A stretch of DNA of 64,000 bases from Geosiphon pyriformis uo1 (Eukaryota > Fungi > Glomeromycota): assembly GCA_016748015.1 (NCBI GenBank), contig JAAOMT010000571.1, positions 933,095 to 997,094 of the forward strand, given 5' to 3'. Shown here in pieces: positions 53,499 through 64,000 of the stretch; within the stretch, counting starts at the first letter, position 1, and each line of letters opens with the position of its first letter. The notes under the pieces are model-generated. The model did no database searches and was not told the origin of the DNA. It saw only the letters and a list, made by a program, of their open reading frames with translations. Made by a program: the position numbers and the translations under genes.

Positions 53499-54305
53499 AT
53501 ATAGCTATTATTAAAGTAATTATTAATAAAAAGTTTTTTTATTGTTTTTTTAAGTTGTATTATAGTGTTATTTTATTTTATATTAATTAATTATAATTAT
53601 TAAAATTTAGTATTGTTTTTTTACTCTTTTAATAAATTAATAATACAATAACCAATATATTCAAATTAGAATAAGCTCTTTTTTTTTATTAGATTACTAT
53701 AAAATCAAATTATGAAATTCATTTATAATAAATAATTTTTTCAAGTATATAACTTTTTAAAATAATAAAAATAATAAAATAATAATAATAAAAAAATAAA
53801 AATAAAAATAATAATCTGTTAATTGTTATAATTAAAAATAATTGGTTTAAATTATTAAAATTTTAAAAATATTATATAAATTGTATTTGGTTTAAAATAA
53901 AGTAAATTAATAAAAAAACACTTAAAAACAACAGATAATTTTTGAAATTATGAAATTATTTTAAAATAATAATATATTTATTACAATTTACAAAAAAAAA
54001 ATAAGATATTTAAGTTTTTTTAAAAAAAAATTCAAAAGAAATTTTTTTTATAAGTTAAAACTACTTATATTTATATATATTTTTTAATTTTATAAAATTG
54101 TTTTTAAGAGTTTATTATTAGCTATTATTTATTATTGTTAATTATTTTATATTATTTTATGTTATTTTATATATTTTGTATATTATTTAATATTATTATG
54201 TATTATTGTATATTATTTTATATTATTGCTAATTATTATATGTTATTATATTTTAATTATGTTTTTTTCAATGATTTTTTATTCAGGTTTTTTATTCAAA
54301 TAACA
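53499..54305 (-). mobile_element. Hypermutated family-A-like LTR relic (U3/R part)
   Basis: Minus strand starts TGTTATTTGAATAAAAAACCTGA versus TGTTACTTGAGTAGAAAAACCGA in LTR A. The decayed ATAAT array and downstream blocks are colinear. Confidence 0.7.
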
Positions 54306-54329
54306 GCATATTTTTTTTATTGATTTAAT

Positions 54330-57300
54330 ATATATAGTTTTATTATTAATCAGTATACAGAAACAGACTAAAAGTTTTTAACTAGATATAATTTACATAT
54401 TTTCTATATATAACTGGCTACTTAGACCAATTAAGATCATATTATGTACTTATTTGGACTAAAATATTATTATTCAAGCTTAAAAAAAACAAACAATATT
54501 TATAAAAACCAAAAATAACTGCAAATATCTTATTAATTCCAAACAAACAAATTATATTATTTAACAATTGAAATTATAAGAAGTTTGACAGCTCTAAGAC
54601 CATATCTGAATTACAAACCAAGCTATTATATTCTATATTTGCTTTGAACTTAGAACTAAAATTCACATTACTGTTTTATGCTACTTAACAAACTTGTAAA
54701 TAAAATTAACTATTATTAAAGCAGTCTTTTTTATATTTTTGAAAACTATTACCATTTTTTATAACAAAACTTTAAAACAAAACTTTTATCTAAGAGTTTA
54801 TATAAGCCAATATTTGACAAACTTAACCAAAAATCTCAAACAACCATTAAAATTAAGAGCATATTAGTACTAACTAAAGCTTTTTAACAAGAAATCATTT
54901 TTTGTACTATATTTTCATAAAAACCAATATTATTTGAACAAATAAAAACATGATCAAAAAATTCCATTTTATTATATAATAAACACAAGACACTAGAGTA
55001 ATTTCTGTTATAAAGTCTTTTTTTAACAGTAATCAACAATTTTCTGTATACAGTTTTTATAAAATACATATGCAAATTTGAAAATGCCCTGCTAGTAAAA
55101 CCAATATACATATAAGAATTTAAATGTCAGACCAACACCATACACAACCAATTGATACAAAAAATATAAAAATCAGCCACTATTGCTGTATTAAGACCTG
55201 TTTCTCAGTTGACACAATTAATTAACTTGTAGACATCTTATATAAAGTGGTAAATATTACCTAATATTATTTGTCTATTAGCAAATAACAATTTTTTTTG
55301 AATGTAATAAGTAAAAAACAAGTATAAATTGGCAGCAATACTCATAAAGGCATCTATTTAATTATTGCTCATATTTTTTAAATGGTTTTTAATTTTAATT
55401 CACTCAATTAATATGTTCTTGTTCTTAATTAGATTGACAATATGTCTGTACTTTACCCAGCAAACATTGCAAAAATCAGATTGTTTAGATTTCAAATCAA
55501 CTATACACATGTTAATTACTGTCTAACTGTTTAAATACAAGACAACTAAGCATGAAATAGCATACATTTTAGAGCCAACATAACTGCCTGCAATTTTGTT
55601 ATTGTTAATAATACCAAATTTTAAACTTTTACTTTAACTCTCTTGTTGATATCTGAAAAATAAACAACTATTCTACAAGTCATAAAAGACAGACTCTTAT
55701 TTTTCAAAGATCTATCTGTATAAATAACAAAACTTCTAACTCAAACTTGATGTAAATAATTTTAAACAGCAAAAAAATCACTTAAATTCAAAATACTAGT
55801 AAGATTACAGATTAATAATACTTGTAAAAAAGCAGAGTGTAAACAAGACATAAATTCAAAACTGCATTAAACTACTGTAATATTAAACTTCTTAGATTTA
55901 ATATTTTCTAATGGTAAAATGTTTTTTAATTTATAACTGTTTTATGTTTGTCCAAAAATCTATTACCAAAAGTCATACCAAAATATTTTAATGAATTAAC
56001 CACATCATAATAACAAAAAGTTTTTAGAATTACTAACATTAAAAATCTATTAATATGTTAAAAAGCACCAGATAAGTTGTTATCCAAGGAAATTTTATTA
56101 TTCAAAAAGATTCTTATTAGATCCACAAGAAAATTGTTTACTAAACTAACTCTTAATTTTATCAAAAACTATAAAAAATTCAGAGACATCTATTCCAAAA
56201 TCTGTAAATCTAAAAAGCAATATTCAAATAGTCTGCTAAGAATATTAATAATATTAGAAAAGACTATAGCTAATGTTATCTTGTTTTTGACTTACAACTG
56301 TTCAAATAATTTTAGTTTATATAAAGAAAGATGATATAAAAATTCATTGGGGAAGTTTTTTGGCAAATTAGTCTTGACTTTGAGCTTTTTTCATATTAAA
56401 GCATTCTATTTATAATATGTACTTTTTGAAATAAAACTAAACTGCATTTTGTAGCTAACAATTAGTTGTATTACAACTAAAACCAGATAAGAAAACTATT
56501 TATTTGACAAAGTTTTTTTTAAGACCATATTAAAAAAAACTTAACATCTAAATATGCTTTGGCTAAACTTGGCTTAAACAAGTTTTCTATTAAAAAAAAA
56601 ATTTCCAAATACTTATAAGGTATATGCTTATATGTGATTACAATTAACAACTCACATATAAATAAGAAGGTGATTTTTATTCTTTAATTGATAAGAATAG
56701 TCATTGTTTTTTTATTGTTAATTAAAATATTATTAATAGAAAAAAATTCACTAGCTATATTTAAAATATATTGTGTAGATATGTGCCTACTTTTTATTTA
56801 AATTGTATTATCAACAAAGATCCCAGCTGTAAAAAATAATGTTTTATCTGAACTGGCTTCTACTTTTCCCAATTTGACAACAAATTTAGTATTAATATAG
56901 TATCTATATAATTGCTTATTTTTTATTTTACACAAAAGGGGATCATAAAATATTTTCTAAAAAAATGACAAAAAAACCTCATTTTAATTCAAACTATTGT
57001 GCACTCTGTATTTGTTTAAAAAATCAAAGTTAGTTATTATTTTGTTGAACCCGTTTTTATGTAAATTACCAAAAAACTTAATAAACTTCTTACATATTTT
57101 TATATATTTCAAACTTTATCTTAGATAAATTTATCTAATTGAATTATATATTTTAGCATGTTCTACAAGACCAGTTACATTTTTCTGTTTTTTTTAAAGC
57201 ATTCTTAACAATAGAATCTATTGCAAAAATAGAATCTTAAGTAGTTGTGCTTTTAAGTACCAAAAATTTTTGTATCATAAAGCACATTAAATTTGGCACA

Positions 57301-60300
57301 AGCAAATAAAATGCAATCTAACAGGATTTTTGAAAAAATCTTCTTTACTGTTTTAATTAAAGCTATAAATCTATTATTTATTAAAACTTCTTTTCAATTA
57401 TAAAACTTTGGAATTATAGAGACCCAAGTCTTTCTTTAGAATAAAAAAACAAATCCCAAAATTAAACAATTGTTTAACAAAATTAATAGACACCCTAAAA
57501 CACTATTACTACTATGCTTCTATAATTTATTCAGAATGTCAAAAAAACTGGCTATCTTGTTATTAAAAAAACAACCAATTACATATTTTAGTTTTTTAAC
57601 ACTAATTTTTTTCATTACATCAGAGAATACATTATTATTCACATAATTCAAAGAAACATACTAATAAGACCAAAAATTAGACAACACTTCTAACATTAGA
57701 TATTTCTTTGTTTAATTCATTATAATATTATTTACCTTATCTTTAATCTTATTTGGCTCCAGTACTAATTTATTGTTAATTACCAAATAATTTAGTACCA
57801 CTTTTTAGAATAGTCACTTTAAAACATTTCTTATTATTCAGTTTTTGTTAAAGCAAAAATTTTTTATTTTCTTATTAATAGTATTTTTTATAGCCAATAT
57901 CTTAGCTATTACTAATTTTTAAAACTTTAATAAACAATATTCATTTCTAATTCCAAACAAATAACCAAGAATTTTCTTGAATTTCACTTTTTGTTTAACC
58001 AAAGACCAAAACTCTGAAGTTTTATTATAGTTGACTATTAACCAAACTCTTATAAAGTAATTAACCTCAAAGATATTTCTCAAGACAATTGTCTTAACAA
58101 TTTAGAAACCAATAATTCTAACTTAAAAAACTTTGAAGATTGTTTATTCTTTAATGTATTAAATTTGTTATATTAAATTTTATAAAAGATGCTTTTTACT
58201 AAATTCACCACCATTTTTTGTAAGCACTTTCATATCTTATCCAGAGTATTTTAACTTTTTGCAGTCTGGAATTTATATTAAACTGAATCCAAATCTGTTG
58301 TTAAGCACTTTTTAAAATAAGTCTATTTTAGTTTATTTGTATTTTTAATTTCGAATTTCCATTAATTACAGTTGGCCTGTTTGCACATAATATTTAAATA
58401 AATATTTAAAAGATTATTTATGTTAAGAAAGATTAACACAGTTATGTAATTAGTATTAAAGTACTCAACTATATTAAAAACTTTACAGCCAACAATTACT
58501 AATAAAAAGTGTTTATTGACAAAAATATAATTAATGGTTTTTTTTATTTTTCTTAAATTGCTCTATATTAACAGCTTGACTGCAAAGCTGTCAATAAGTA
58601 AATTATATAAACCCAAACTAAAACATTTACTAAAACTACCACTTTTCTTTGAATTATTCTTATTAAAGTTACTATTTAGTACTATATAAGACCCAAAACT
58701 GACTGCTTTAACAATAAATATTGTTACTTATAAAATATAAAAATTATATATTAATATACAAATTAGCCAATTAGAATAAGATGCAGTAGAAGTGGATTTT
58801 AGGATTCTTTTTAGAGAAATTGCAAGATTCCAGAATTACAGGATTCTAGCAAAAGGAATTGCAAAATTCTAGAATTCCAGAATTCCTCTTAAGAAATTAC
58901 AGAATTCCAGAAATTTCAGAATTTCTGGCTAGAGAATTAAAAATTTCAAGAAATTTCATATAATAAAATTTATGTATATATAATAATAGCATTAGAAACA
59001 GAAAGAACAGATTTTCCAGACAGAATTCTTAGTTTAGAATCTCTAGTTCCAATTTTCTATTTATTCTTTTATATGATAGTATTCTATGACTTAAAGTAGA
59101 AAACATAAAAATATTAATAAAATACTTGTTAAATATCACAATTCATCTTTCTACTATCAACAATTTATATTAGTAATTACTAATACTTAACTACACTAGA
59201 CCAATAGCTCTTGATCATGGCTATTGATGGAATATTAACTCTTTTTTGTCTTGGCTTATCTTTTTATTTCTCTTTTCATTATCTTTTTTTTTTATTTTTA
59301 TTTCTTTTCTTTCTGTTTATTGTAGATTTATTAATTAATTAAAAGATTAATGTATGAGGATATTGACATCAAAATATAACATTGGTAAAAGACTTAGAAA
59401 TAAGAGTAGACACTCAAAATTGAGAATAGCTTACCAGAAAATTACTGACCATTAAGCTGAGAAAAAAATTGACAGAATTGTAATTTCGGAAAACAACAGA
59501 TAACAAAGCATACCAACTCAAAGATTGGAAAGAAACTAAAAACATTACACTAAAATACCAACATTGAATCTTTGTCTATTATACAAAAGACTTAAACCAA
59601 AACTTTCAAATCACAAAAATCTTCAGATATTAATACTATTATATCAATTGAGCACCAAGTTACAGGTTTATTATTTGTTTTAACATCCCAAATAATAATC
59701 TGTAACAATGTGTTTATTTTACTTACTTGGCTAAAATGCTTAATAGCTGTAGCCTTAACATATAATTCCAAAACCACAATTGACAAACCACTATTAAATA
59801 AAAAATGAATTAATAAAAAACAACTCAAAATTTTTAACACTTTGCATAAATACTAAGCAAACATATTATTAATAATTATTGTCATATCTAAACTCAGATG
59901 ACCAGAATTTAAACCAGATATAAAAACTTTTAAACCAAAAAATTTGTTCTTAATCCAAGATTTGTGTTGTCTCTTTAGTTTTGTTTTAGTCACAATAAAA
60001 ATCAAATTGCCTAATTTTTTATGTCACTTAATAATATTTTTCTGTTTTATTAAATTGTTCATGTTCTTAATATTACACATAATAATTTTTCAAACAAGAC
60101 TGGTTATTAAGACAAATAAGATTCTAAGCCCAAACCAAATTTGTCTATTTTGGCCAAAAGACTTAAAATTATGTTTAAAAGACACTTCAAACTGTTTTTC
60201 AACTTATAAATTACTGAAAAATCTAAAAATACTGCTTTTATTATAGTCTTACTACAAGTAAACACACTTAAATTCTTATTTATTATTGTATTTGCCTTTT

Positions 60301-60871
60301 GATTCTGTAATAAAAAGAGCACTAATGGTTAACATTCAAGATTAAATTGGGAAACCATTGGTCTAAATGTATTTAACTTCTTAGTCAACTTACTAATTTG
60401 CTTTATGAGACTAATAAGACTGTACTTAAAAGCAGCAAACCTATCATTTAATTTTACTAACATGAGCAAAAGAAGCTTTATTTTTAAAAAAAAGCCAAAA
60501 TGTGCTAAACTATTTTGCACAGAAAAAAAAGAAAATAAAGACTTATTGATAACTTTAGCTTAAGAAACATTTTTAAAAGAAACTGAACAAATAACAAGTA
60601 CTGAATACTTGACATATATAATAATAAATCTGCTTTTATTTGCATTTAAAAAAATTCTACAAGACAGATAGTTAAAAAAAACTTTCTTATTCATAAAACA
60701 ATCTAATAAAGTATGTTCTAATTTTTCATACTTTATATACTTGGCAAAGTCCAGATAAAACCAGTATAAATTTGTGTTTTTTAATATTAGTATGGTTTTT
60801 ATAATGGCATTTAAAAACTTAGCAGAATTAAAACAAATAATTACACATCTGGTCTAAATATATGTAACTGG
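54330..60871 (-). mobile_element. LINE-2: heavily mutated copy of the same LINE clade (3'UTR, ORF2, 3' part of ORF1)
   Basis: AGIFVDNTI at ~56800-56830, HFSQVSKINTFIVKAV, KRLYNRNYSSVLCL..DHVFIC. 3'UTR matches 35470-35540. Confidence 0.8.
58722..59707 (+). mobile_element. Solo LTR, family C, in the LINE-2 endonuclease domain
   Basis: TGTTAC...TGTAACA termini, TSD ATAT/ATGT. LINE frame restored on removal. Homologous to 61545-62425. Confidence 0.85.
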
Positions 60872-61544
60872 TGTTACAAATAATTATTTGGGGTTTCAAA
60901 GCAAATAACAAACCCATAACTTGGTGCTCAATTAATATAATGTTGGTTTCTGAAGGTTAATTGTATCTGAAGATTTTGGTTGAGTTTTTTGTATAATGGA
61001 CAGAGATTCCAATGAAATTTTCTTTAAATGGTGTTTTTAGTGTCAACCCATGGGTTAAGTAGTTGTTGTCCATCATTTCCCAGAATTGCAATTCCATTAA
61101 TTATTTTCTTGGCATGGTGGCCAGCAATCTTCTAACAAACTATCCTCAAATTTGAGTGTCTATCCTTATTCTTGGGTCTTTTATCAGTGCTATATTCTGA
61201 TGTCAGTAACTTAATGCTTTAATCCTTTAATCAATTAGTACACAACAAGAAATAACAAAACAAAAGAAAATAAAATAAAATAAAATAAAATAAAAAAATA
61301 AGCCAAGGCAATAAATGTTAGTATCCTATTAATAGCCATAATCAAGAGCTATTGTTTTATTGTGATTAAGTATCAATTACTATCAACATAAAGTATTGAT
61401 AGTGAGAAGTGGATTTGACATATTAAATAATTATTTATTGATATTTGTAATATGTAAAATTGCTTGAATCAAATCTAAACTAAGAGGTCCTCTTTTCTGC
61501 TTTTAATATTACTACTATATATATACTTAATTTATGTTCTATGA
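60872..61544 (-). mobile_element. Inverted family-C LTR, interrupted by the element starting at 61545
   Basis: TGTTACAAATAATTATTTGGGG..AACAAACCCATAACTTGGTGCTC is the reverse complement of the LTR C 3' end. Confidence 0.8.
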
Positions 61545-64000
61545 TGTTACTCATAGAATATAAAAAGTATATTATTATTAGCAAGTAGATATTAGCCAAT
61601 CAAAAGTAGACATAGTAAATGTAGAATTCCAAGATTCCTTTCAGAGGAATTGCAGAATTCCAAGAATTTCAGGATTCTCCAGTAAGGAATCACAGAATTC
61701 CAGAATTCCAGGATTCTTTTCATCAGGAATTGCAGGATTCTAGGAATTCTAGGATTCCTGTCACAAGGAATTAAAGAATTGAGGAATCTTAAATATGTAT
61801 ATATAGCAGTAGTATTAGAAGCAGAAAAAGGAAGAATTGACACCAAGAATCCTTAGCTTAGTTATCACAATCCTCAAATAAATAATTATTCACTATATCA
61901 AATTCATTTTTCACTATCAACACTTCATGTTAATAGTAACTGATACTTAACCATACTAGAACAATAGCTCTTGATCATGGCTATTGATGAGATACTAACT
62001 TGCAAATTGCCTTGGCTTATTTTTTATTTTCTCTTTTATCTTTTCTTTATTTTCTTTGTTGTCTACTAACTTGATTAAAAGATTTACTCTTGGAGAACTT
62101 ATGGAGGAATAAACTTGCTTAAACAATACTTACTCTTGGAAAACTTATAAAGAAATTGATGTTAGGAAACAGCACTAGTATACACTTACAGAAGATATTG
62201 TACCAAGAGAATCATCAACCATCAAGCTGAGCAGCAATTAACAAAACTATGGTTTCAGGAAACTACTAATAAACTGTTACCAGTAAATTTCTGTCCATTA
62301 TACAAAGAACTTAATTGGAAAACCTTCAGATAAAATACCTTCAGATTATCATTGTCACCAATCACTTTGAGCACCAAATTATGGGTTTGTTATTTACTCA
62401 ACACCCCAAAGAATCATCTGTAACATTTGGTGCTTCCTGTGAAGTATAATCTTACAGAAAACCAGTGCCAACAATACCATCCAAACGTGGCAGAATCAGA
62501 AATTATAGGAGCCAACCACTTAGGATTTGCAAAATCTTTGTTTCAACAATACAGCCAACAATTAGAATTAAACAGTAATCACTATTCAGCCAAATCAGCC
62601 TTCAACTATTACATCAACAATAAAATCACAGACTGTTTAGGAGGAATCATTAATATTGAGTCAGCAAGAGAAAATTTCTATACAGAATTATTTTAACACA
62701 CTAGCTTACCAAGAAATTACAGTTTTGTCCCAATCATCAGGAATATCAATCAAACTATTGAAAGATACATGCAACAACAATTTCTTATTACCTATGCAGA
62801 CAAAGGTAAAGGAAAAATACAAATACCAGCAGCAACACCAAAAAGAATACAGTTACTTAATTAGAAGAAACACAGAGTAGAATCACCAACTGCTCCATTA
62901 TATCATTACACACCTGGAAGCACCATTAACATTTCATCAATAGATGCGTTCACATCAAACACAACATCAACATTTGAAAGATTTTAGTTCTAAAGCAAAC
63001 AATAGAAAGAAGACTTACTAGGACCATATGGCGCATATTTTGAAGGATTTAAATCACAATCTCCAATACCATCAGGAATTTGATCACTAATACCCCAACC
63101 AGATTTCGAAGCCACTACTCCATGGGAATTATCAGAGGAAGAAAAGAAAGGAAGTGAAAATCAAGAATTTACTTACCAAAACCCAATCTCAGAAAACTCG
63201 GAATTCAGAACCCCGAATGTTCAAACTCTGCAAAATCCAAACATAAAAAATCCAGAAATTGAAACTCCGAATATTAGAACTCAGCAAAATCAAAACAATC
63301 AGAACCCCGATTTAATTAATCAGCCAAATGTACCTCCAAATATTGTCATCAATCACCCACTAATTGATCCGATAGTTGAACCCATTCAACAGCCATCTCA
63401 ACAACTAAATCTGCAAATCCAACAGCCACAAAGACCACCTTAGCAACCACCACTGCAACAACAACTGCTATAGCAGCCACAACAACAACTAAATGTAAAC
63501 CAAATGGCTTACGCACCCATCGCCAAGTTAGAAAACTTTACCAGTGAAGAAAATGGTGCTCAAGCATGAATCAATGATGTCTTCAAGGCCATCATAGCAA
63601 ACAATTGGGATGATGCCAGAGCCCTATAGGCAATCTCATACTTTCTCAAAGAAACCGCTGATTCTTAGTACTAGAGTTTAGCTGCCAAACCACAAACATT
63701 TCAACAATTCAAAACTGCCTTTCTGGGATATTTTAGCAACAATAATAGTATTAATTGTCTAGCCAATACTTTTACCACAATCAAACAGAATAATACTGAA
63801 GCAGTTACAACATACTTAGGACACTTTCATAGAGTCCTATGCCAAATTCAAGCCATCGACACCATGTATTTCACAGAACCCCAGATCTTTAACCAGTTTA
63901 TTTGTGGCCTGCACAGTAGCATTTTGCAACACATATGCCCATTACACCCAGCCAACCTTCAAGCCGCAGTTATATATACTAAAGATTTTGAATCAGTTAA
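61545..64000 (+). mobile_element. 5' part of a second Gypsy element (family C): LTR 61545-62425, PBS 62428-62444, degraded gag
   Basis: TGTTAC..TGTAACA then TTTGGTGCTTCCTGTGAAG. MAYAPIAKLENFTSEE..ANNWDD..TFQQFKTAFLGYF matches the family A capsid. Confidence 0.88.

Noticed and set aside
61620-61790. Heat-shock element array in LTR C
   Set aside because: TTCnnGAA pairs occur, but GAATTC spacing does not give three contiguous alternating nGAAn units.

Overview
Eukaryotic, intron-rich, AT-rich fungal DNA. Gene and transposon style suggest an early-diverging Glomeromycota-type genome such as Geosiphon; this is inference, not a database match. The centre (~5.7-34.5 kb) holds nine spliced genes: GST-zeta/MAAI, SCY1-like pseudokinase, FAH-domain hydrolase, a PHD-bZIP-PHD-Rua1_C regulator, BRPF1/NTO1, Dus4-like, a G-patch protein, a bacterial-type DusA-like synthase and a PPR protein. 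Both flanks are nested, mutated retroelements. The main one is a structurally complete 10.2-kb Ty3/Gypsy element (35648-45891, CCAT target duplication). It encodes gag, protease, a Cys-rich zinc-ribbon insert, dUTPase, RT and RNase H, then an apparently separate integrase ORF and an extra 3' ORF. It sits in an RNase H-bearing LINE, which itself splits an older, nearly erased LTR. Copies of three LTR families record a decay series from CpG-focused transitions to near-total C>T/G>A erasure. Each family carries a ~9-10-bp periodic array. Two families have a U5 segment complementary to their own PBS, and all eight readable target sites have a central YR step.
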